Source: Candidatus Poribacteria bacterium
GTDB taxonomy: Bacteria > Poribacteria > WGA-4E > UBA9662
Reading direction: 5' to 3'
DNA length: 64,000 bases
Assembly (NCBI GenBank): GCA_002709695.1
Contig: PAQF01000078.1
Location: 48,351 to 112,350, forward strand
The stretch's first letter is position 1; each line of letters begins with the position of its first letter. Made by a program: the position numbers and the translations under genes. The notes under the pieces were generated by a model, which worked only from the letters and a program-made list of their open reading frames with translations, searched no databases and had not been told where the DNA came from. Shown here piece by piece: positions 18,395 through 28,505 of this stretch.

Positions 18395-19636
18395 GTGGCT
18401 AGAGGAACATGTAAAATGGATGTTCGAAGTGTTCTCAAATCAGAGTTAGAAGAGACTATTCATTTGAATTGTCTAGTATTCCGGCCGGATGGGCACACTC
18501 GATATCGGCAATATGTTGAGGACGATTGCTCCTACCAACTTGACCAGACTCGTGTAGTTGTTGTTGATAAACGTGTTGTTGCTACACTACGTATATGGGA
18601 ACGTCGGATGCGAATTGGTTCGTCTATTGTAACGATGGGTGGTATCGGTGGTGTATGTACCCACCCAGATTATCGAGGGTTGGGTTATGCAACTGAGTTG
18701 ATGAAGAACGCTGTCGAGTATATGCAGAACGCTAATTATGATATTGGAGTCCTTTTTTCTATTATTCCCGGTAAGTTTTATAGTAACCTTGGATGGGCTC
18801 CTTTAATCTTAGAAGGATTTCAAATTGTACCTCACCACGTAGGTACCTTTGAAGATACAAATTGGCGGGTTGAAAAATTTGATGAAGCTAGAGATCTGAA
18901 CCAAGTTGCTACACTTTATGACGAGTATAATCTATGTCATAGTGGAACTATTGTCCGACCTCGATCTTATTGGAATATGGCGCCATCTCGGATTAGAGAC
19001 GTTCTTCCTTCAATAGTAGTAAGGCATAAGGATATGTTAAGTGGATATCTCAACTTTCATATTGAAGACAAAAAAGCTCGAATACTCGAAGTTGCATTTG
19101 ATCGAGAAGATCCGACATCTTTATCCACTTTAGTCATGTATTTATTGAATATTTGTGATCAGCAACAGGTTGAGAAGATATATGGTTCGATCCCCTACCA
19201 ACACCCACTTGTTGATTTGGTAGTTGAAGGTTGTGCTGGAGATTTGTTTTTGATAGGAGATTCATCCATGATGTTGTATGTTGTCAATCTTCTGTCATTA
19301 CTGAGAAAACTGCTACCAGAATTGCAATCAAGGATTGATGCATCTGAGAATCAACTACAGCCTGTTTCCATTCGTATTGAAACTCGTGATCAACAAGCTG
19401 TTTTGCGTCTTCACGATTCAGGTATTCTTCAAATCTTCGATTTAGATGAAGAAGCTGTTTGTGTCAAACTACCGGATCGATTCTTTTGGCGTATGTTACT
19501 GGGAGAAGCAAGTTGGGATCAATTGGAACCAACACTCAAAGTTCATGGTTTTTCCGTTCCGCAGGAAGTTTCCACTCTCTTTTCGGTTCTGTTCCCTCAG
19601 AAAATAGTAGTTTTCTGGGGGCCAGATCACTATTAG
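18395..19636 (+). CDS. GNAT family N-acetyltransferase with Eis-like architecture (GNAT plus C-terminal SCP2-like region). The likely start is the ATG at 18416.
   Basis: Acetyl-CoA-binding motif GGIGGVCTHPDYRGLGYATELM. Eis-like length (~410 aa). The listed ORF begins at a GTG 3 nt after the VWA stop. The ATG at 18416 is preceded by GAGGAA. Confidence 0.6.
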   Translation: MARGTCKMDVRSVLKSELEETIHLNCLVFRPDGHTRYRQYVEDDCSYQLDQTRVVVVDKRVVATLRIWERRMRIGSSIVTMGGIGGVCTHPDYRGLGYATELMKNAVEYMQNANYDIGVLFSIIPGKFYSNLGWAPLILEGFQIVPHHVGTFEDTNWRVEKFDEARDLNQVATLYDEYNLCHSGTIVRPRSYWNMAPSRIRDVLPSIVVRHKDMLSGYLNFHIEDKKARILEVAFDREDPTSLSTLVMYLLNICDQQQVEKIYGSIPYQHPLVDLVVEGCAGDLFLIGDSSMMLYVVNLLSLLRKLLPELQSRIDASENQLQPVSIRIETRDQQAVLRLHDSGILQIFDLDEEAVCVKLPDRFFWRMLLGEASWDQLEPTLKVHGFSVPQEVSTLFSVLFPQKIVVFWGPDHY

Positions 19637-20201
19637 TCAGCTTGAGGAAATAGTGATGCACCTTCTGGTTTTTTATCCAAGCTTAAATAAGTTGTTATTA
19701 TAGAACTAAAGAGTAATTTAAAATCGATGCTGATTGCCCGTTGTTCATTTGTGTTGATATTACCAACTAGGTTTCTTCCGTAAAAACACGTCTATAGGCT
19801 TTTCTGTCAAAAAAGTTAAGCTGTCAGTCGATTTTTGTAACGATTCTCAAATGTTAAGATAGATGGTAGCTCAGATGATTTTGTGGTAGCATTTCTGTGT
19901 GTTAAACATTCAAGCGATTGTGATTCCATGCTGTTATCCTTTCTTTTCTTTCGTTTTAGATAATTTATATATGTAGGGAAAACTTTGTTTGGGTTTAGGG
20001 CTTAGTAGTGGCTAGCCGAAATTGATGGAAGGAAGTTACCTGCGCTAATCAGGGTGGCTCTTTGTCAATTTGTGGTAATTTGCTAGACTACTGTGGATAT
20101 GTAATTAGGGCAATTATGCTTGTCATGCGCAGCATAGTTTTCGCAACGAACAATCAAGTTCCTATGGGAATGATTTAACAAAACTATAGAAACAATCAGT
20201 A

Positions 20202-20615
20202 GTGAGTGATATAAAGCTAAAATCTGAAAGAGAACGGCCAGGGGTAATCATTTCATTTCTGCGCTCCCAAGTTTCGGCTGGGTTTGGTAATGGATTGGAC
20301 TTCGTGATCAGCTGTCTTTTTTACCAATTTGGACAATTAGCAGTAATTGCCACATTTTTAGGGGCTACAATAGGTGGAATAGTTCACTTTTTTTTTAGCA
20401 GATTCTGGGGTTTTAAAGCTGACCATATGCCGATACAAGGTCAAGCTGTTCGTTTTCTTATTGCTAACATCGGTGGTATTGGGTTAAACATGTTGGGTGT
20501 TTATCTTATTCATGACCTGTTACAGGTGCACTTTCCTGTTGCGCGTTTGGGGGTGTCTTTCTTTGTTGGTTTTTTTTTCAATTTTCCTGTGCAGCGATGG
20601 TATGTCTTTAGATAA
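20202..20615 (+). CDS. GtrA-family small membrane protein (polysaccharide-synthesis associated)
   Basis: 137 aa with four predicted TM helices. Conserved C-terminal ...PVQRWYVFR and central RF...G motifs typical of GtrA-like proteins. Confidence 0.55.
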   Translation: MSDIKLKSERERPGVIISFLRSQVSAGFGNGLDFVISCLFYQFGQLAVIATFLGATIGGIVHFFFSRFWGFKADHMPIQGQAVRFLIANIGGIGLNMLGVYLIHDLLQVHFPVARLGVSFFVGFFFNFPVQRWYVFR

Positions 20616-20708
20616 AAGTAGTTTGTAGACGTTACTAAGGGGGAAACCGAAATTCCACTCGAATTTCTATATACTGAACTTTATTGGAGTTGAACTCGAT
20701 TTCCAAGG

Positions 20709-22397
20709 CTACTCATCGGTAACGCAGCCTTCGGATGCTGACTTCACGTTTTTGATGTATTTATATAATGTTCCACGCTTGAATTTATACTCAGGGGCAA
20801 CCCATGCTTTACGACGATCTTCCAGTTCGCTATCGCTGATATGCAACCTAATTTCTTTGGCGGCAATGTCAATCGTAATTTGGTCTCCGTTTGTAACTAA
20901 GGCTATGTTACCTCCCACTTGAGCTTCTGGAGTAACATGCCCAATGATAAAGCCATGCGATCCTCCTGAAAAGCGGCCATCGGTTAACAAGGCTACGTCT
21001 TCACCTAAACCTGCTCCCATAATAGCCGATGTTGGTGTTAACATTTCAGGCATTCCCGGACCTCCCTTTGGTCCCTCATAACGAATGATTACCACGGAAC
21101 CTTTGAGGATTTCGTTTCTTTCTAGTGCTGATAACATCTCTTCCTCAGAGTCATAGACTTTGGCTGTTCCAATAAAGCTTAAACCTTCTTTCCCTGTTAT
21201 TTTAGCGACTGCACCGTCTGGTGCTAGATTTCCTCTTAAAATTTGGATGTGCCCACTTTCTTTTATTGGGTTTTCAAGTGAAAGAACTACATTTTGTCCT
21301 GTTTCTAATCCTGGTAGCTCGTTTAGATTATCGGCTAAAGTTTTGCCGGTAACGGTTAGACAACTGCCATCAATAAGGTCATTTTCGAGTAGGTATTTCA
21401 GAACAGCAGGGGTGCCTCCAACCTTATGTAAATCTTCCATAACGTACTGGCCGCTTGGCTTTAGGTCAGCTATGAAGGGAACTCTGTCACTTACTGCCTG
21501 AAAATCATCAATGCTGAGTGGTATATCTACAGCTTTGGCCATGGCAACCAAGTGCAAAACGGCATTTGTGGAACCTCCGAGTGCCATTACTAAAACCATC
21601 GCATTTTCAAAAGCAGCTCGGGTCATGATATCTTTTGGCTTAATATCTTTTTCTAGGAGTTGTAGGATAGCTTGACCTGCACGCAGGCATTCCTCTTCTT
21701 TCTCAACATCTTCAGCAGGGATAGAAGAGCTGTAGGGAAGACTCATTCCCATAGCTTCAATAGCTGAAGCCATGGTATTTGCTGTGTACATTCCTCCACA
21801 AGCACCAGCACCAGGACAAGACTTTTCGACAATTGATTGTCGTGTTTCATCACTAATGGATTTGGCAATGTATTGCCCGTAACTCTGAAAAGCCGAAACG
21901 ATATCCAGAGCGTCACCTTCTTCTGAGCAACCTGGTTTGATTGTTCCACCATAAATCATTAAAGATGGTCGGTTCAGACGCCCCATAGCAATTAAACAGC
22001 CTGGCATGTTTTTATCACAACCTGGCAAGGAAATGTTAGCATCGTACCATTGCGCACTCATAACTGTTTCTATCGAGTCTGCTATAATATCTCTTGATTG
22101 TAGCGAAAAACTCATGCCATCAGTTCCCATTGAAATACCATCGCTGACGCCAATGGTATTAAAACGCATGCCTACTAAGCCTGCTTTTTCGACACCTTCT
22201 TTTACTTTAGCGGCCAGATGATCAAGATGCATATTACAAGAGTTTCCTTCATACCAATTGCTTGAAATACCAACTTGGGGTTTATCCATGTCCTCCTTGG
22301 TAAGACCAGTGGCGTATAGCATTGCCTGACTTGCGCCTTGGGATCTAGGTTGGGTAATGTTCAAACTATACTGATTTAAAACTCTTTTGATTGCCAT
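20709..22397 (-). CDS. ilvD: Dihydroxy-acid dehydratase
   Basis: 562 aa. [18 protein letters not shown] Fe-S cluster motif and [12 protein letters not shown], full IlvD/EDD-family length. The internal +strand ORFs (21160..21501, 22006..22221) are antisense artefacts. Confidence 0.95.
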   Translation of the reverse strand: MAIKRVLNQYSLNITQPRSQGASQAMLYATGLTKEDMDKPQVGISSNWYEGNSCNMHLDHLAAKVKEGVEKAGLVGMRFNTIGVSDGISMGTDGMSFSLQSRDIIADSIETVMSAQWYDANISLPGCDKNMPGCLIAMGRLNRPSLMIYGGTIKPGCSEEGDALDIVSAFQSYGQYIAKSISDETRQSIVEKSCPGAGACGGMYTANTMASAIEAMGMSLPYSSSIPAEDVEKEEECLRAGQAILQLLEKDIKPKDIMTRAAFENAMVLVMALGGSTNAVLHLVAMAKAVDIPLSIDDFQAVSDRVPFIADLKPSGQYVMEDLHKVGGTPAVLKYLLENDLIDGSCLTVTGKTLADNLNELPGLETGQNVVLSLENPIKESGHIQILRGNLAPDGAVAKITGKEGLSFIGTAKVYDSEEEMLSALERNEILKGSVVIIRYEGPKGGPGMPEMLTPTSAIMGAGLGEDVALLTDGRFSGGSHGFIIGHVTPEAQVGGNIALVTNGDQITIDIAAKEIRLHISDSELEDRRKAWVAPEYKFKRGTLYKYIKNVKSASEGCVTDE

Positions 22398-22818
22398 AGA
22401 TTTGATCCTTAACCTGATTGGAAATTGAGGGGATTTCTATACTTATATCTAATTATAATCACGTTGCTACTATACATGACACACGTTGAATTTACAACTC
22501 AAAAGAGCTTTGGAATTCTATTAGATAGATTGAAAAATCAAATAGAGATGAAGCTATTGGCATCAATTTATTCAATGTAGTTATCTTAGAATAATTGGGT
22601 GTCTTGGGTGGTAGGGAGAATGAAGTGGGTAAGCTAGTTATTTTGATTAAAATCTTTTCAGTTGTGGAAGGGGCCTCAGTAAAAATATATTTTGGACAAT
22701 ATTGATTGAATTGGCTTAACCCAAGGACATTAAAGGTAATTAGTTTCGGCACCAATCATTCAAAGGTCAAGGGTAGGAAAAATGGAGATACAAAAACATT
22801 GAGAAGAAAATAGTAAAC

Positions 22819-23400
22819 TTACAATTGAGAAGTTTCTATTTCAATGTGAATTTCTCCCTGTCTCAAAACTTTTGGTGGTGTTTTTATAAGATCAATTACG
22901 GTTGAAGATGTACCTGTATTAGTCGTTCCTCCATCAATTATTAAATCAACAAGATTACCCAGTTCTCCTTCTATTTCTGATTTCGACGTAGCAGGTGCTT
23001 TGTCAGATTTATTAGCGCTGGTGGTTGCAATAGGGCCAAAACGCTGTAATATTTTCAATGCTATAGGGTGGTCGGGCATCCGAAGGCCCACAGTATTTCC
23101 TCCGGCTGTAATTGGGGCAGGTAAGCCTTTTGCTTCAACAATTAACGTTAATGCTCCAGGCCAAAATTGTGTGGTCAATTGAAAAAAAAACTCAGGTAGA
23201 TTCTGCGCAATATTTTCAACGTCTTGATAGCATCCAACTAGAATGGGTATTGGTTTGTTTTTAGGACGACCTTTAATGGTATAAAGTTTTTGAATAGCTG
23301 CAGATTGAAAAGGATCGGCTCCGATTCCATAAACTGTGTCAGTTGGGAAAGCAATCACACCACCTTTTTTTAGCGTGTCGACGGCCTTTTTGATACTCAT
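22819..23400 (-). CDS. tsaC: L-threonylcarbamoyladenylate synthase (YrdC/Sua5 family)
   Basis: 193 aa. GGVIAFPTDTVYGIGADP YrdC signature. Overlaps tsaD by 4 nt. Confidence 0.8.
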   Translation of the reverse strand: MSIKKAVDTLKKGGVIAFPTDTVYGIGADPFQSAAIQKLYTIKGRPKNKPIPILVGCYQDVENIAQNLPEFFFQLTTQFWPGALTLIVEAKGLPAPITAGGNTVGLRMPDHPIALKILQRFGPIATTSANKSDKAPATSKSEIEGELGNLVDLIIDGGTTNTGTSSTVIDLIKTPPKVLRQGEIHIEIETSQL

Positions 23401-24404
23401 TGTCCTAGATCCGAATTTGCTGATGCGTTGAGGTCTAGCTTATCACGTTGTCCCTGCTGATACTTTTGGTAAGCAATTCCCGCAACCATAGCAGCATTGT
23501 CAGTACAAAGTTTAATAGAAGGATGAAAAACGTGCATATTATGTTCATCAGCAGTTTTTCGTAAGTTGTGTCGCAGGCGACTGTTAGCAGCTACACCTCC
23601 GGTTAGGTTGATTGATTTTACCTGATATTCTTGAGCTGCCCGAATCGTTTTTTTGACTAAGACATCAACGACAGCAGCCTGAAAGCTGGCGGCTATGTTT
23701 TCTAATGGTGGCAAATTCCCTGCGGCCTGTGCTTTCTCCACAAAATAACGAACGGATGTTTTTAAGCCGCTGAAACTGAAATTGTAGTCATCTCTGTTAA
23801 TCAACGGCCGTGGGAAATCAATGGCTTTTTCATCTCCTTTCTTTGCCATGTCGTCAATGATGCGTCCACCGGGAAAACCTAATCCCAAGTATTGAGCGAC
23901 TTTATCGTAAGCCTCACCGGCTGCATCGTCAATTGTGCTTCCGAGGATTTTATATGTCCAACCTTTATTAACTTTAAGAAGTAATGTATGTCCACCCGAG
24001 ACAGTCAGGCAAATGTGAGGAAATGTTAACTCGTCATGTTGCATGAAATTGGCGTAGACGTGACCTTCAACATGGTTTATCCCAATAAGTGGCAGGTTGT
24101 GACAGAAGGCAAGTGACTTTGCCGCGGAAACCCCGATAAGTAAAGCCCCAATTAGTCCTGGACGGTTGGTTACAGCAATTGCCTCTAGATCCTGAAATGA
24201 AACTTCTGATTCAGCTAGAGCATGATCTATAATGTAGTTTATAGATTCGACATGTTTCCGCGAGGCTAGTTCTGGGACAATGCCTCCATATTTTTCGTGT
24301 AGGTCAAATTGAGATGAGATAACGTTGGACAAAATATGCTTACCGTCTTCGACAACGGCAACAGAGGTATCATCGCAACTTGTGTCGATACCAAGGATTT
24401 TCAT
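23397..24404 (-). CDS. tsaD: tRNA N6-adenosine threonylcarbamoyltransferase (Kae1/Gcp/TsaD)
   Basis: MKILGIDTSCDDTSVAVV..., HxxGH metal site (INHVEGH), 335 aa. Confidence 0.9.
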   Translation of the reverse strand: MKILGIDTSCDDTSVAVVEDGKHILSNVISSQFDLHEKYGGIVPELASRKHVESINYIIDHALAESEVSFQDLEAIAVTNRPGLIGALLIGVSAAKSLAFCHNLPLIGINHVEGHVYANFMQHDELTFPHICLTVSGGHTLLLKVNKGWTYKILGSTIDDAAGEAYDKVAQYLGLGFPGGRIIDDMAKKGDEKAIDFPRPLINRDDYNFSFSGLKTSVRYFVEKAQAAGNLPPLENIAASFQAAVVDVLVKKTIRAAQEYQVKSINLTGGVAANSRLRHNLRKTADEHNMHVFHPSIKLCTDNAAMVAGIAYQKYQQGQRDKLDLNASANSDLGQ

Positions 24405-26179
24405 TGGAAAGCCTGTCCTGATATCTGTGGCATTATGGCACTTACCACTGTATACAAATCTTTTAAATCAACCAATGAAACAAAGAATCGTAACTTTATT
24501 GTGTTATTGTTATTGAATATGCTTGTGCCAACAGAGTATGTTTGTGGCATATTGGCGAACATAACCGACATTATTCCAACATTGGGATTACCACTCGAAG
24601 CGATTAATTGTATAACTTGATTTATCAGTGTTACTGGAGATAAGGCCAGTATCATATCCCCGCCAGCATCTAGCTTATCCATTATCCGAGTGTACCCATC
24701 ACTTTGATCAAAGCCATTTTCAAACCCAAGGATTCTATCAATCATTGACTTGATTGACGATGAAGTGCCTGCAGCGGATGCAACTAAAAAACCATTGGCT
24801 ATTCCGTAGTAGTAATAATAGCTATCTGGCATCAGGTTCTGTAATTCAGGAGGCATAAAATCAGATACGTCAGGATTCAAATCCGAATCCAACATACTAG
24901 TCAATAGGTTGTTGTAGTTAAATTTTCTTATCTCAACACCTTCATAGACTTCTGTGGCATTATTGGTGCTAGCAGTATATGTATCGGATACCCCAACTGC
25001 TTGTAGAAACGCATCCAATTTTTTGAGTTGTTCTTCTAGTGATGTTATTATTTTTGTTTCGTCACTGACTTTAAAAACAAATGTCTGATCTGGTACAAAA
25101 CTACCACTCAAATTCATTGTCATTCCTATCGTACCATCAACAAAGTGCAGGAATTCTTCTACACTCTGTTCAAGGTCCTCAAACAATAGTTGGACGTCTT
25201 TAGCTTCCGGGTTATCAGGTTGCAGTGAGTTTACTTGGGCCAACTGCCTCATCCCAAAGTTTGAGAGATATTTATAAAGTTCCGCAGTTGCCCCTACATT
25301 TAAACTAGATTGTTCCGGCAAAAACTTGAGGATTTCAGAAAAATCATTTTTTTGGGAACTGAAAAGGTTGCCGATCTTACTATCAGGGACAAATTGTATG
25401 GCTGGAGTGATTAAAAACTCTCCGGTATTGTGTTGAATAGTCAGGGTTACTGATTGGATCTGATCAAAAAAATCGAAAATTGAACTCATATTACCAACTG
25501 TTGGCAACAATGGTATTCCTGCTAGTTCTGAGGAATCTGGTAATAAAGGGCGATCAACAAACCCAACCAAGTCATTGGAAGCATCATCTAAGTCGAAACT
25601 GTTAGCGAAACTATGTTTCTCCAGAATTGAGGTTGCCTTCTTTTGGTATACATCAATAGTTTTTTCACAGATCTCATGGTGCTCAGAATATATCATCACA
25701 TCATCTAGAAAAGAGAAGCAAGCGGATTCCTCTACGGTTTTAAGATAATTTACCCCATTATAATCGATTGACTGCATTTCACCTGATTCGGTTTCAATCA
25801 TTTGTAAAACGGTCTCTTGATCAGCAATACGTACTGCAGCTGAAAGTACTGGCTCAGTTGCAGAAGGAATTTGATGAATGTAAAGAGCAAAATCCTGTTC
25901 TAGGTCAAATCCATACCTTTCCAAATCTGCGAGACTTTCAAATCCACCCTCAAATATATCAGATAATACGTTAGCAACAATGTCTTGGTTAGGAGCAGTT
26001 GCTGGATTCATCTCAGAAATCAAGTCATTAGCTTCTTTGTTTAGATCCTTAAGCGAATGAGCATATACAAGGCCAATGGTGTCATGAGGAATGATATTTA
26101 GGCTAGTACGAATTCCCCCTACAGCCAAAATTGATATTAGCAAGGTCCCTGTAAGAGCAAGTATGGTGAATCTTTTCAT
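24401..26179 (-). CDS. Hypothetical secreted protein (signal peptide), co-transcribed with tsaD (4-nt overlap)
   Basis: 592 aa. N-terminal signal peptide MKRFTILALTGTLLISILAVGG. No catalytic motifs. Contains a YYYYYG stretch. Confidence 0.5.
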   Translation of the reverse strand: MKRFTILALTGTLLISILAVGGIRTSLNIIPHDTIGLVYAHSLKDLNKEANDLISEMNPATAPNQDIVANVLSDIFEGGFESLADLERYGFDLEQDFALYIHQIPSATEPVLSAAVRIADQETVLQMIETESGEMQSIDYNGVNYLKTVEESACFSFLDDVMIYSEHHEICEKTIDVYQKKATSILEKHSFANSFDLDDASNDLVGFVDRPLLPDSSELAGIPLLPTVGNMSSIFDFFDQIQSVTLTIQHNTGEFLITPAIQFVPDSKIGNLFSSQKNDFSEILKFLPEQSSLNVGATAELYKYLSNFGMRQLAQVNSLQPDNPEAKDVQLLFEDLEQSVEEFLHFVDGTIGMTMNLSGSFVPDQTFVFKVSDETKIITSLEEQLKKLDAFLQAVGVSDTYTASTNNATEVYEGVEIRKFNYNNLLTSMLDSDLNPDVSDFMPPELQNLMPDSYYYYYGIANGFLVASAAGTSSSIKSMIDRILGFENGFDQSDGYTRIMDKLDAGGDMILALSPVTLINQVIQLIASSGNPNVGIMSVMFANMPQTYSVGTSIFNNNNTIKLRFFVSLVDLKDLYTVVSAIMPQISGQAFQ

Positions 26180-26191
26180 GATAAGCTCCGA

Positions 26192-27163
26192 TTACTCTGA
26201 ATTTTTTCCCACTTTTGATGAAAATTCATCAATTTCTCGATTTGATGTTAGTACACCTATTTCAATTTCGTAGTGTCGGCGTCCCCCTGGCTCTAGGTAA
26301 TCCAGTGTACCGCGTTGGCGTTCTTTTTTGCGTCCATCGACCCAGCAATTTGCGGGTTCTAATCCAACCACATATCCGCGTTCATCCATCATTTTCCATT
26401 GAATGAATTTGGGGAGTTGTGTCTTATGGTATTTCACATAGAGTCCAATACCATGTCCGTTATTAAAGGACTTGTTGACAATCGCAACGTAAACATGGTT
26501 ATCTTGATCAGCTGCCATTTCGTGGTAGAAGACCTGTTCTGCAAAACCAGCGGTCGGGGGTTGGCATTTGTTGTAATGATCTAATTCTTCTTCAGCTTGG
26601 CTATCACGTGGAATGATCTTCGTCGAGCTACTGATGAATTCAGCCTCATCATCGACAATTGGGAACCCCACGTTAATGTGGAACAAGTACATCAAAGGGC
26701 TCTCCTTATAATCGATGTTTTCTATCACATCTTCAATATGTAGTTTCGTCGCTCCTAACTCAGTTGAAATCCGTCGTGTTCGGAGAAGATGTGGTCCCAG
26801 AGCCTTTATTTCAGAGACTTTTCCTTGTGCCCACATGATATATCTATTACCTTCCCATCGGCTATCAACCCATATGTTATCAGCTGGTAAGTAAGCAACT
26901 TGTCCATGGAGACCTAGTTGCTCTCCTTGATCTTCTTCAGGATTACCAAGATGCGTCATCCCACATGTTGTTAGCAATCCGCCTGCAAAACCTTGTAGCC
27001 ATTCCGATCCTTCCGGATCATAATATGCAGGTGCAATATCTCCTGTTCCTGAGCGCCAACACAAAGGAATTCCTTGGTATTCAGCATAGGAAATGTCCAT
27101 GCCACGATCGGGAAGTATTGTGTAATTGAAGCCAGAACCTGTGTGGAAATCAACAGCTTGCAC
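26192..27163 (-). CDS. Aldose-1-epimerase-like (galactose mutarotase fold) family protein
   Basis: 323 aa with ...GLHGQ..., beta-sandwich-like composition and mutarotase-like spacing of conserved His/Glu. Assignment is by pattern only. Confidence 0.4.
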   Translation of the reverse strand: MQAVDFHTGSGFNYTILPDRGMDISYAEYQGIPLCWRSGTGDIAPAYYDPEGSEWLQGFAGGLLTTCGMTHLGNPEEDQGEQLGLHGQVAYLPADNIWVDSRWEGNRYIMWAQGKVSEIKALGPHLLRTRRISTELGATKLHIEDVIENIDYKESPLMYLFHINVGFPIVDDEAEFISSSTKIIPRDSQAEEELDHYNKCQPPTAGFAEQVFYHEMAADQDNHVYVAIVNKSFNNGHGIGLYVKYHKTQLPKFIQWKMMDERGYVVGLEPANCWVDGRKKERQRGTLDYLEPGGRRHYEIEIGVLTSNREIDEFSSKVGKNSE

Positions 27164-27370
27164 ACCTTTTTGTTTTCCTGTTGAAAGTTCGTATTGTTTA
27201 ATTTTAGCTATTTGGGAAATGTCACCAACTCGTCGGAGTAGTTGGGCCTTATCATAATCCTTTTGGTATAATCTAATGGTTTTCCTCCCTTGTTTCTTGG
27301 GACATTCTAAACTATATTATAGCACGCAATCAGATAATGGATCAATCGTTGTCCGTTGTTGGGAAAACAC

Positions 27371-28504
27371 TCAAAACCTGACAGTCGAGGCAAAAGAGTG
27401 AGTAGCTTGATCAAAAGGTTGATCCCGGAAACGTCCTTGCAGTGAGTATTCCCATCTTGAACTACCTAAACCGAGGCTTAAACCAAGTGAACAAACACCA
27501 ACGCCATTGATCCGGCTCAAACCGTTTCGCAAGGCGACATTTCCAGAAAACCCACGATTCCACGATTTCACTAACTCCCAACCAAAAGCAAAGTCTAACC
27601 CACGGTGCCTTGGTACACGCCACACATCTAGCCCAGTAGTTAGCCACTTAAGAATTTTGGTGTTTGCCCCAATACCAATTTTCGTTGGTAATCGTTCCAC
27701 GAACTTACGTTGTAGTAGATTTCGTATCACTAAGCCGGTTAATATCTTACGTTTCCCTATCAGATCTATATTAAAACGGTGCTGATAACCGAGATCTAAA
27801 TCAAAATTGGATCTCTCTAAATCTTGACTAACTTCGTCAGATTGCTCAATGTATTGGCCCAAATCTGCTAAGTTTAAACTATCGATAATCGCGGGAATTA
27901 GTGCGCGAGGGTCATTAACGTTAATGTCGCTCGCGTGTTGCGCGTCCAAAGCCAATCCTACGAATACCTGACCTTTTTTTGCGTGCTGAGTAATCCGGTT
28001 TAAGCGAATCCCAAGTTGCGATCGACCCATTTTTTTACTATATCCTACATACCATCCGGATTGTAAAAGTTGATTGTATTCAGTTATAGAAAGTGTTTTA
28101 GCAAGAAACCTTTGTTCATCAACCAAGTACTCAGACCTAGTATTTTCCAGCGAAAATGTGGCTTTGTTTCTGAGTTCTGATAAATACCCAATGCTGAAGC
28201 CGTTCCCCTGAAAAGACCGAGAGTATGTGATTGATGGACTTAAATGAAGTTCCAATTGATCCGAAAATTGAAATTCTGGGACTGCAGGTAGCGGGGTATA
28301 ATGAAAATTAGAAAGCGTGACTCCTGCAGATAAATTGTTTCCTTCTACATCGACTAGCCCTGCTGGATTACCGAAAGCTGAAGCATCCGATGCATTTGTT
28401 GCAATCATGACACCACCCATTCCAATAATCCTTAGATTTTCGTTTGCTAAGGTGAAGCCGCAAATAAAAAAGAGAATGAGTGACGGGATTTTTGATTGCT
28501 TCAA
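27371..28504 (-). CDS. Outer-membrane beta-barrel protein, FadL/TodX/PorV-like
   Basis: Signal peptide. N-terminal LRIIGMGGVMIATNASDASAFGNPAGL resembles the FadL/PorV hatch motif. Alternating amphipathic strands. Ends in an aromatic residue (VRF). Confidence 0.45.
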   Translation of the reverse strand: MKQSKIPSLILFFICGFTLANENLRIIGMGGVMIATNASDASAFGNPAGLVDVEGNNLSAGVTLSNFHYTPLPAVPEFQFSDQLELHLSPSITYSRSFQGNGFSIGYLSELRNKATFSLENTRSEYLVDEQRFLAKTLSITEYNQLLQSGWYVGYSKKMGRSQLGIRLNRITQHAKKGQVFVGLALDAQHASDINVNDPRALIPAIIDSLNLADLGQYIEQSDEVSQDLERSNFDLDLGYQHRFNIDLIGKRKILTGLVIRNLLQRKFVERLPTKIGIGANTKILKWLTTGLDVWRVPRHRGLDFAFGWELVKSWNRGFSGNVALRNGLSRINGVGVCSLGLSLGLGSSRWEYSLQGRFRDQPFDQATHSFASTVRF

Positions 28505-28505
28505 A

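Noticed and set aside
21160-22221. +strand ORFs inside ilvD (21160..21501, 22006..22221) and small minus-strand ORFs at 21743..21952 and 22492..22755
   Set aside because: The first three are inside or antisense to the highly conserved ilvD frame. 22492..22755 lies in AT-rich intergenic DNA, has no RBS and a low-complexity product.
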